Shown: positions 1-5,971 of the stretch, piece after piece
How positions within the stretch are numbered: position 1 is the stretch's first letter
Layout: each line of letters opens with the position of its first letter
Source: a virus
DNA length: 16,307 nt
IMG/VR virus record: IMGVR_UViG_3300045988_104128
Coordinates: 1 to 16,307 of that record
Reading direction: 5' to 3' (one strand)
Program-made: the position numbers and the translations under genes
Notes under the pieces: generated by a model
Database searches by the model: none
Told to the model about the DNA's origin: nothing
The model's input: the letters and a program-made list of their open reading frames with translations, nothing else

Positions 1-95
1 TAAAGTGGTGACGCATTGCAGTGGTACAGCGTTAGCACGTCAGCGTGGTACCGTGAGCGCACGAAGTTAGTTGTGTCTAACTTAGTACCATAGTA
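1..95. repeat. Left inverted terminal repeat (95 bp)
   Basis: Bases 1-95 are the exact reverse complement of 16213-16307, compared base by base. Identity breaks at 96 versus 16212. The repeat starts TAAAGTGG, which is the phi29-family AAAGT terminus preceded by one extra T. It contains GTGGTG at 5 and GTGGTA at 21 and 45 (24 bp apart), plus the palindrome AAGTTAG-N6-CTAACTT at 64-83. Confidence 0.95.
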
Positions 96-175
96 CTATA
101 TAAAATGTTCACAATTTGTTTACAATTTGTACATACGCTGTTCACAACTGACCTATATAATGTACTTAAAGATAA
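94..175 (+). promoter_or_regulatory. Early promoter/leader box, copy 1 (homologous to 2244-2310)
   Basis: TACTATATAA at 94-103 and CCTATATAAT at 152-161 are -10-like. ATAAAATGTTCACAATTT (100-117) recurs with one mismatch at 2245-2262, and ACATAC ... CTATATAAT ... AAAGA follow in the same order in both copies. I could not place a convincing -35 element, so the exact promoter is uncertain. Confidence 0.45.
111..130. repeat. Tandem near-palindromic 9-mers ACAATTTGT x2, 11-bp period (operator-like)
   Basis: ACAATTTGT occurs at 111-119 and again at 122-130. Each copy is an ACAA-n-TTGT palindrome. The homologous box at 2244-2310 has only one degenerate copy (ATAATTTAG). Confidence 0.6.
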
Positions 176-215
176 AGGAAAGGGGTACTTAAAGAGAGTG
201 CCAAAGGTGTATAGT

Positions 216-533
216 ATGAAGAAATATATTGAACTTAATAACGAGACTTTTGAGGTCAAAAAAGCCAAGGGTGAATTGCACCCTATTACACAAGTCCGTA
301 CATTAATGGATTGTTACGCAAGACCTAGCGATATCAAAAAAGCTATATACAATGATTGGTTTAATTGGTATCTATCTGTGGATAGTCCAAAGTATCAAAT
401 AGTCAATATGTCGATACAATCGTACAATGTAAATATGTTCACTATTCGTATGGATGTATTTGATACCAAAACATATGAATTTATAGGTTGCCTTTATATA
501 TCCAAAACGAGGCAGGAGTTTTGGACTATCTAG
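216..533 (+). CDS. Hypothetical early protein (105 aa)
   Basis: ATG at 216 has AAAGGTG about 6 nt upstream. The longer track ORF from 105 would read through the promoter-like boxes. I recognise no family. The C-terminal EFIGCLYISK resembles DFISCLIVKR at the end of the 2428-2598 product. Confidence 0.75.
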   Translation: MKKYIELNNETFEVKKAKGELHPITQVRTLMDCYARPSDIKKAIYNDWFNWYLSVDSPKYQIVNMSIQSYNVNMFTIRMDVFDTKTYEFIGCLYISKTRQEFWTI

Positions 534-540
534 TATAGTC

Positions 541-561
541 GGGTCGGTGCAACTCCGACCC
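541..561 (+). other. G+C-rich hairpin with T-loop-like loop (GGGTCGG-TGCAACT-CCGACCC)
   Basis: A 7-bp perfect stem with a 7-nt loop TGCAACT lies 8 nt after the stop at 533. No U-tract follows. It shares the 13-mer CGGTGCAA[C/G]TCCG with the element at 1124-1142. Confidence 0.7.
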
Positions 562-570
562 ACTTGTATC

Positions 571-588
571 GCTGATAACACTATCAGC
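571..588 (+). other. Second hairpin GCTGATA-ACAC-TATCAGC
   Basis: A 7-bp perfect stem with a 4-nt loop lies 10 nt after the first hairpin. No U-tract follows. Confidence 0.6.
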
Positions 589-634
589 AAGTAACAAATA
601 AACAATCATAAAAACAAAAAAGGAGACAAAAACT

Positions 635-919
635 ATGAGAAAATCGAAAATGGTAACTAGAACAATCGTAACTACAAATGCTGAGATAATGTGTTTTAAT
701 CTCGATACAAATGAGGTTATAACATTAACTGAGTCATATATCGGGGATTTATCCGATAAGGACATCGAAAAACAGTTTTCTGTTGATTATGCCAACAGCG
801 CTAAATTTTTGAAACTTGTAAGCGCAGAGAAAACTACAAAATTGTATGGCATACCTGAAAAAGAATTTTTGCAGTACGCTGTAGAACTCGACAGCGAAAC
901 TAGAAAAGAGGTGAGATAG
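635..919 (+). CDS. phi29 p6-like dsDNA-binding (histone-like) protein, paralogue A (94 aa, no acidic tail)
   Basis: SD AAAAGGAGAC lies upstream. The protein aligns with the 2701-3033 product along its length (MRKxxMVTRTI.T, C.N..T, G, KD, LYG..E.EF, LD..TRKE). The pattern also resembles phi29 p6 as I recall it (ITKTTVNVAKMV ... VYELPVEKFLEVA). Confidence 0.7.
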   Translation: MRKSKMVTRTIVTTNAEIMCFNLDTNEVITLTESYIGDLSDKDIEKQFSVDYANSAKFLKLVSAEKTTKLYGIPEKEFLQYAVELDSETRKEVR

Positions 920-920
920 T

Positions 921-1097
921 ATGATAAATCTGGAATACGGCAAATCAATGTATGGCGGTTGGTATGCACAATCTAATAATCAAGATATAGCGTTAAGAGC
1001 TGTCACTTTAAAGGAACTAAAAGAAAAAGTATCAAAATTATGTATAAACGCTAAATTAACAAAACGTTTTGATAATTTAGGTAATGGAATTTTATAA
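921..1097 (+). CDS. Hypothetical early protein (58 aa)
   Basis: This ORF is absent from the track because it is under 60 aa. ATG at 921 sits 2 nt after the upstream stop, with AAAAGAGGTGAG just upstream. TAA stop at 1095-1097. Confidence 0.65.
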   Translation: MINLEYGKSMYGGWYAQSNNQDIALRAVTLKELKEKVSKLCINAKLTKRFDNLGNGIL

Positions 1098-1101
1098 ACA
1101 T

Positions 1102-1149
1102 AGCCTAAGCGAAAAAGCGCACAGCGCGGTGCAAGTCCGCGCGTAGGCT
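1102..1149 (+). other. tRNA top-half-like structured element (outer stem AGCCTA/TAGGCT enclosing T-arm-like hairpin GCGCGG-TGCAAGT-CCGCGC)
   Basis: The outer 6-bp stem pairs 1102-1107 with 1144-1149. The inner 6-bp stem pairs 1124-1129 with 1137-1142 around the loop TGCAAGT (tRNA T-loop consensus TTCAAGT). A 16-nt linker (1108-1123) occupies the place of the D and anticodon arms. The element starts 5 nt after the stop at 1097. Confidence 0.6.
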
Positions 1150-1189
1150 TTACAATTGAATACAGTAAAGAATGAAAAGAGGTGAAAAT

Positions 1190-1381
1190 ATGACAGTTCA
1201 AGATTTATTTAGAGTTTTGTCGGATTACGAAAAAGTATCATTCAACACAAAATGTGTAACTGGTGTATGGTATGGACTTGTAAAAGATATTCCTAGTAGT
1301 TATTTTGACTATATAATAGAGTCAATCTATTCTATGTCACACGTTGACGGAAGTAGTTATTTAGTTATTAACTTTGCATAA
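1190..1381 (+). CDS. Hypothetical early protein (63 aa)
   Basis: ATG at 1190 has GAAAAGAGGTGAAAA directly upstream. The track start at 1172 lies inside that SD cassette. Confidence 0.75.
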   Translation: MTVQDLFRVLSDYEKVSFNTKCVTGVWYGLVKDIPSSYFDYIIESIYSMSHVDGSSYLVINFA

Positions 1382-1428
1382 ACTTTATAGTTCAATACAG
1401 CAAAGAGTGAAAAGAGGTGAAAAAATAA

Positions 1429-1629
1429 ATGACTAATAATATAAAGTTGGGAACATTAGTCAAATTGAGTGTAACCACCAGTTTTTGGTTACACGATATT
1501 CAGTACGATATTGACGAGTTCTACACACGTTCTCAAATATTGGAGAACAAACAATTATCACGTATGAAAGTGATAAGTTTTAAAGCATTGGCAGGAAAAG
1601 AAATGATATACGTAAAAGTAGAAGAGTGA
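1429..1629 (+). CDS. Hypothetical early protein (66 aa)
   Basis: ATG at 1429 is preceded by the same cassette, TACAGCAAAGAGTGAAAAGAGGTGAAAA. Confidence 0.75.
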   Translation: MTNNIKLGTLVKLSVTTSFWLHDIQYDIDEFYTRSQILENKQLSRMKVISFKALAGKEMIYVKVEE

Positions 1630-1644
1630 AAAGAGGTACAAACC

Positions 1645-1941
1645 ATGTTATACAAAAATAGAAAAATGGCACAGTCGGAAGTTGATGAAATCTATGAAGA
1701 TTTCGTTATAGAGATAGCGACAAAAGTCGCTAAACAAGTAAAAGGAAAAGTGTATTATGGTTTTGCCACAGTAGAAGATATGTGGTACGTCATAGTAAAG
1801 ACACGTGAACTCGGAGAAAAGCGTTTTTTCCTTGATACACTCGATTATGATATGTTAAGCGGTGTATCATCAAAGGAAATAGCCGATAACATAGTCAAAT
1901 TTTATCGCAAAATAATTGAGAGGAGATTTTTTATAATATGA
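1645..1941 (+). CDS. Hypothetical early protein (98 aa)
   Basis: ATG at 1645 is preceded by AGAGTGAAAAGAGGT. The 3' end overlaps the next start (ATGA). Confidence 0.75.
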   Translation: MLYKNRKMAQSEVDEIYEDFVIEIATKVAKQVKGKVYYGFATVEDMWYVIVKTRELGEKRFFLDTLDYDMLSGVSSKEIADNIVKFYRKIIERRFFII

Positions 1942-2186
1942 CAAATAAAAGAATGCATCAATTAGAGCGCAAGGTTAGAGTGGGTTTCAAAAACTTTAAT
2001 CAAATAATATATCCAAAAAATGTCGAATTTAAATTTTTAGAGCAAATTAGATATTTAATGTTTGAAAACATACGATTTGAACATTATAGAGGTAATATAA
2101 CTATTAGTGAATTGCATTTTATGGCACGTTGTCTTAGAAGTTATTATTGGTATTACAGAATAGAGATAGATAAGAATTTTGGCTAG
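1938..2186 (+). CDS. Hypothetical early protein (82 aa)
   Basis: The start overlaps the upstream stop (ATGA), and GAGAGGAG lies upstream. The product is basic and aromatic-rich, with no recognisable family. Confidence 0.7.
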   Translation: MTNKRMHQLERKVRVGFKNFNQIIYPKNVEFKFLEQIRYLMFENIRFEHYRGNITISELHFMARCLRSYYWYYRIEIDKNFG

Positions 2187-2243
2187 TTTACACAAGTTTT
2201 CGTAAATTTTCGTAAAATACAGAAAACTAATTGTGGAACAGTT

Positions 2244-2310
2244 CATAAAATGTTCATAATTTAGACATACTGCATTTACATCACTACTGTACTATATAAT
2301 ATGTAAAGAG
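2244..2310 (+). promoter_or_regulatory. Early promoter/leader box, copy 2
   Basis: ATAAAATGTTCATAATTT, ACATAC and GTACTATATAAT (2289-2300) are collinear with 100-161. A possible arrangement is TTGTGG (2231-2236), 18 nt, CATAAT (2255-2260). A further TACTATATAA lies at 2350-2359. Confidence 0.45.
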
Positions 2311-2358
2311 GTATTACACCATTTACAAAAAAGTTACGTTTTGCTTCAATACTATATA

Positions 2359-2399
2359 ACCGCACTATTGCTAGGCAACACGACACTCAATAGTGCGGT
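2359..2399. promoter_or_regulatory. 12-bp perfect inverted repeat ACCGCACTATTG-N17-CAATAGTGCGGT (operator or 5'-leader hairpin)
   Basis: The arms are 2359-2370 and 2388-2399, perfectly complementary. The left arm abuts the TATATAAC box. The element lies 29 nt upstream of the 2428 start and has no U-tract. Confidence 0.6.
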
Positions 2400-2427
2400 C
2401 TCCTCAAAGAAAAGGAAGTGATTAACA

Positions 2428-2598
2428 ATGATAGAAACATTATACGCACAACTCATATCAGACCCTAATACACGCAAGGTACTATGTCGAACAGACAAAC
2501 GTAACGTCACAACAGAAACAATCTATCGTGACGATTGCAAAATCATAATTCGTCACAAACTAGATGACTTTATTTCATGCCTTATAGTTAAGAGATAG
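2428..2598 (+). CDS. Hypothetical early protein (56 aa), possible truncated paralogue of the 216-533 product
   Basis: This ORF is not in the track because it is under 60 aa. ATG at 2428 has AAAGGAAGTGA upstream, and the TAG stop is at 2596-2598. The C-terminus DDFISCLIVKR compares with YEFIGCLYISK. Confidence 0.6.
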   Translation: MIETLYAQLISDPNTRKVLCRTDKRNVTTETIYRDDCKIIIRHKLDDFISCLIVKR

Positions 2599-2631
2599 CA
2601 AGCTATCGCAAAACAGATTGCAAAAATCAAC

Positions 2632-2660
2632 TTGACTAATACACCTATTGGTGTTACAAC
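2632..2660 (+). promoter_or_regulatory. Candidate sigma-A-type promoter for the p6-like/SSB/TP/polymerase operon
   Basis: TTGACT (2632-2637), a 17-nt spacer, then TGt-TACAAC (2652-2660, extended -10). Confidence 0.45.
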
Positions 2661-2700
2661 TTTATTACAAATCATAATACATAGAAAAGGAGACAAAATT

Positions 2701-3033
2701 ATGAGAAAACCAATGGTCACACGTACAATTATTTCAACAGCAGTAAAAGCATTATGTGTAAATCCACAGACAGCAGATACTTTTGAGCAGGATTTTACAC
2801 TTAGTGGTAAAATTCTCGAAAAAGACAAGGCTTTAAGAAAAGCATCAAAACTTTATAACACAGATGAATGTACAATCGTTGCAATTCGTGAACTTAAAGA
2901 AGTAAATGAGCTTTACGGTATGGATGAAGCAGATTTTATTGCAGGTGCAAAAATACTCGACCCTGCTACACGTAAAGAGATTGAGACAGAGCAGGCAGAC
3001 GCAGAAATAACAGAGCAGGCAAACGCAGAATAA
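2701..3033 (+). CDS. phi29 p6-like dsDNA-binding (histone-like) protein, paralogue B (110 aa, acidic Q/E/A tail)
   Basis: ATG at 2701 has the same AAAAGGAGACAAAA leader as paralogue A; the track start at 2632 is a non-ATG upstream extension. The acidic tail ETEQADAEITEQANAE resembles the phi29 p6 tail. The gene order p6-SSB-TP-Pol matches phi29 genes 6-5-3-2. Confidence 0.75.
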   Translation: MRKPMVTRTIISTAVKALCVNPQTADTFEQDFTLSGKILEKDKALRKASKLYNTDECTIVAIRELKEVNELYGMDEADFIAGAKILDPATRKEIETEQADAEITEQANAE

Positions 3034-3055
3034 AAAGAAAAGGAGATAAACAATT

Positions 3056-3412
3056 ATGGCAATTACAATTAACACACAATCAAAGGATTTCACAGAGGTA
3101 GAACAGTATCTTATGACCCTTGACAGAGGTATTAAGTCTCTTAAGGACGTAGAGGACAATACATCTTTTCCAGTGGCAGGCTATCTTACATTCACAGATG
3201 AAAAAGACAATGGTGATAGCGTTGACATTTTGTCTATCATTACACCTGACAAAGAGGTATTCTCTTGTCAGTCAGCTACTTTCAAGCGTAGTTTTGATAA
3301 CATTACCAACATCATGCACGACAAACAGTTTAGTATCATTAAAGTTAGTGGTACAGCAAAGAACGGCAGATCTTATATTGACTGCGCACTCGATGTGAAA
3401 TCAGTAAAATAA
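3056..3412 (+). CDS. phi29 p5-like single-stranded DNA-binding protein (118 aa)
   Basis: SD AAAGGAGA lies upstream. The C-terminal FSIIKVSGTAKNGRSYIDCALDV parallels phi29 p5 FKVKVVQGTSSKGNVFFSLQLSL as I recall it. The gene sits between the p6-like gene and the TP/Pol pair. Confidence 0.65.
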   Translation: MAITINTQSKDFTEVEQYLMTLDRGIKSLKDVEDNTSFPVAGYLTFTDEKDNGDSVDILSIITPDKEVFSCQSATFKRSFDNITNIMHDKQFSIIKVSGTAKNGRSYIDCALDVKSVK

Positions 3413-3429
3413 AATTTTATCTTACTGCT

Positions 3430-3457
3430 GACCCTTGCTATTAAGTTAGCAGGGGTC
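3430..3457 (+). terminator. Hairpin, possible leaky intrinsic terminator/attenuator after the SSB gene
   Basis: GACCCTTGCTA-TTAAGT-TAGCAGGGGTC forms an 11-bp stem with one G:U pair. It is followed by the T-rich but interrupted tract TTATTAATTT. Confidence 0.45.
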
Positions 3458-3485
3458 TTATTAATTTAGAGAGGAGAGAAAAAGT

Positions 3486-4025
3486 ATGGCAAAAAAAAGA
3501 TTATCAAAAAACCAACAGCAATATGCTAAATTAATCAATGAAGCTATAGAACAGAATATAAGCGTAAAAGGTATTAAGGCTTTTCCAAAACATATAACAC
3601 AGCAAACTTTACAAGATTTAGCAGAAGAAATACAACAAAGAAAACAAGCACAACAGCATACTATTACTGATGAAATAATATCACGTTTACAAGCATTACC
3701 AACTAAAAAAGTAACATATGATAAAGCTAATGGAACTCAATATATTATTGATTTATCAGAGTTTACTAATACGTGTTTATCAATAATAAAAAATATGCAG
3801 GAAACGTTTGGTATAGAAGAATACGAAGAATATTTGCAGAAAAATGCTGAGGATATTATAGACTCATTAGATACTATTATTAAAACGCATTATAGTGGTG
3901 AAGTGTCAGCAGAGACAGAACGTATTATACCTATATTATCAAATCACGATATGTCAATGGCTACTGCAACAATGACAAGTGATATTAATGACTATTTTAA
4001 TTGGTCTGATATTGATAATATATGA
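3486..4025 (+). CDS. Putative terminal protein (179 aa)
   Basis: The gene lies immediately upstream of the protein-primed polymerase gene and overlaps it (ATGA), as phi29 gene 3 does with gene 2. The basic N-terminus MAKKRLSKNQQQYAKLI recalls phi29 TP MARSPRIRIKDNDKAEYARLV. The C-terminus is acidic. No other ORF is a better candidate. The assignment is by position. Confidence 0.5.
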   Translation: MAKKRLSKNQQQYAKLINEAIEQNISVKGIKAFPKHITQQTLQDLAEEIQQRKQAQQHTITDEIISRLQALPTKKVTYDKANGTQYIIDLSEFTNTCLSIIKNMQETFGIEEYEEYLQKNAEDIIDSLDTIIKTHYSGEVSAETERIIPILSNHDMSMATATMTSDINDYFNWSDIDNI

Positions 4026-5965
4026 AAAATGTACGTTCTTTTATGTGTGATTTTGAAACTACTGTATATGCAGGACAGTCATCAACAGAAGTATGGGCTA
4101 GTGCTAGTGTAGAATTTTATACAGAGAATGTAAATATTTTTCATTCAATAGGTGAGCAGTTTCAATATTTTAAAACATTAAATTGTAATGTAATAGCTTA
4201 TTATCATAACCTTAAATTTGACGGCAATTTTTGGTTGTCATATTTATTACAAAAATTAAAAATGAAACAGGCTTTTATTCCATACAATGATGAGGGTACA
4301 GTAGGTGAATTTTTAAAAAATAAAGAAATGAAAAATAATACTTTTAAATATACAATATCATCAATGGGACAATGGTATTCGATAACTATAAAAACAAATA
4401 ATCACATAATAGAATTAAGAGATAGTTTAAAGTTATTGCCATTTTCTGTAAAGCAAATAGGTAAATCTTTTAACACTAAACATCAAAAATTAGAAATGGA
4501 ATATACCGGTTATAGATATGCAGGATGTAATATAACGGATGAAGAAAAGAAATATATAGCAAATGACGTATTAGTAGTAAAAGAAGCACTCGAGCAGTTG
4601 TTTAATGATGGACATGATAAACTAACAATAGGTTCATGTTGTATGGAAGAATATAAAAAATCATTACAAGCATATGATTATAAAGAATTATTCCCACCAT
4701 TGGATGAAATCGAAATTGATAAAAATATATTCGGTTCAAGTAATGCTGATGAATATATACGACGTAGTTATAGAGGGGGTTGGTGCTATTTAGTAAAAGG
4801 AAAAGAAAATATTATTAGACATAATGGTGTGACAGCAGATGTAAACTCTTTATATCCTAGTATGATGCACTCTCAAAGTGGTAATTATTTTCCAATAGGT
4901 AAACCATATTTTTGGACAGGTAATATAATACCTAATGAAGCTATAGGTGAAAATAAATATTACTTTTTAAGAATAAAAACACGCTTTTATATCAAAGAAA
5001 ATATGTTACCATTTATACAGATAAAAAGTAACTACTTATATAAAGGAACAGAGTCATTATCTACAAGTGATATTTTAAATAAAGACGGGACGTATAGTAG
5101 GTATTATAAAGATATATACGGCAACTTACATGACAGTACAGTAATAATGACAGTAACCATGACAGATTACAAACTAATGTTAAAACACTATGAACTAGTT
5201 GATTTTGAAATTTTAGACGGATGTTGGTTTTATTCCATGAAAGGAATATTTGATAACTACATCAATCATTATGCAGAAATTAAAATGAACAGTAAAGGTG
5301 CAAAGCGTACAGAAGCAAAACTGTTTCTCAATAACCTTTATGGTAAACTTGCTAGTAGTTCTAATAGTAGTTTTAAGGTTGCATACGTCAAAGATGACGA
5401 CAGTATAGGCTTTTACATAGTCCCTGCTAATAATAAAAAGGTAGGTCATATAGCAACAGGCAGTGCAATAACATCCTATGCCCGTAACTTTACGATAACA
5501 GCCGCTCAAAAAAATTACTATGGTGTAGATAAAGCAGGATTTATTTACGCTGACACTGACAGTATACATTGTGACTTGCCTGCTGATAAGATAAAAGGCA
5601 TAACAGTAGACCCTGTAAAATTTTGCTGTTGGAAGCTTGAAAGCAGTTGGGACACAGCTATTTTTACAAGGCAGAAAACATACATAGAACACATAACTCA
5701 CAACGATTTAGTTCCTGTTGATGAACCATATAACGATATTAAATGTGCAGGAATGCCACAGAAATGTAAAGATTTATTTAATAAATCAATGCAGGGTTAT
5801 GAAGCAAAGGAGAGTGATAACTATACGCAAAGGGAATTAAAATTCTTAGAAACAAAAAGAGACTATAGTGATTTTAAAGTTGGGTTATGCGTTCCCGGAA
5901 AATTGCTACCAAAAAGAATTAAAGGTGGTGTATTATTGGTGGACACAACTTATGAAATGAGGTGA
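4022..5965 (+). CDS. Protein-primed family-B DNA polymerase (phi29 gp2-like, 647 aa)
   Basis: Motifs seen: ExoI CDFETT, ExoII YHNLKFDGNF, ExoIII YIANDVLVVKEAL, motif A DVNSLYPS, motif B KLFLNNLYGKLAS, motif C IYADTDSIH, KxY RQKTYIE, and C-terminal GGVLLVDTTYEM. All are close to the phi29 polymerase motifs. Confidence 0.97.
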   Translation: MKNVRSFMCDFETTVYAGQSSTEVWASASVEFYTENVNIFHSIGEQFQYFKTLNCNVIAYYHNLKFDGNFWLSYLLQKLKMKQAFIPYNDEGTVGEFLKNKEMKNNTFKYTISSMGQWYSITIKTNNHIIELRDSLKLLPFSVKQIGKSFNTKHQKLEMEYTGYRYAGCNITDEEKKYIANDVLVVKEALEQLFNDGHDKLTIGSCCMEEYKKSLQAYDYKELFPPLDEIEIDKNIFGSSNADEYIRRSYRGGWCYLVKGKENIIRHNGVTADVNSLYPSMMHSQSGNYFPIGKPYFWTGNIIPNEAIGENKYYFLRIKTRFYIKENMLPFIQIKSNYLYKGTESLSTSDILNKDGTYSRYYKDIYGNLHDSTVIMTVTMTDYKLMLKHYELVDFEILDGCWFYSMKGIFDNYINHYAEIKMNSKGAKRTEAKLFLNNLYGKLASSSNSSFKVAYVKDDDSIGFYIVPANNKKVGHIATGSAITSYARNFTITAAQKNYYGVDKAGFIYADTDSIHCDLPADKIKGITVDPVKFCCWKLESSWDTAIFTRQKTYIEHITHNDLVPVDEPYNDIKCAGMPQKCKDLFNKSMQGYEAKESDNYTQRELKFLETKRDYSDFKVGLCVPGKLLPKRIKGGVLLVDTTYEMR

Positions 5966-5971
5966 AACATT

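Noticed and set aside
105-215. N-terminal extension of the first gene (track ORF 105-533), and the minus-strand ORF 77-268
   Set aside because: The extension would start inside the promoter-like TATATAAAATG box without an SD, whereas ATG 216 has a good SD. The minus-strand ORF runs into the ITR and across the regulatory repeats.
1102-1149. A genuine tRNA gene
   Set aside because: Only acceptor-like and T-arm-like helices are present. The 16-nt linker cannot form D and anticodon arms, there is no anticodon, and the loop has G where psi55 would be. It is reported only as a tRNA-like structural mimic.
1150-1650. CRISPR-like or other spaced repeat array
   Set aside because: The repeated units are Shine-Dalgarno-containing leaders placed exactly before start codons. 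The 'spacers' between them are ORFs of unequal length.
2553-3159. Minus-strand ORFs 2553-2828 and 2845-3159
   Set aside because: They are antisense to the p6-like and SSB genes and to the promoter region. All supported transcription signals here point rightward.
3198-3398. 66-aa plus-strand ORF nested in the SSB gene
   Set aside because: It lies out of frame inside a gene with recognisable homology. It has no SD and gives a hydrophobic junk-like product.
5213-5701. 162-aa minus-strand ORF
   Set aside because: It lies entirely antisense to the well-supported DNA polymerase gene. It has no SD and a Cys/Tyr-rich junk-like composition typical of antisense frames in AT-rich DNA.
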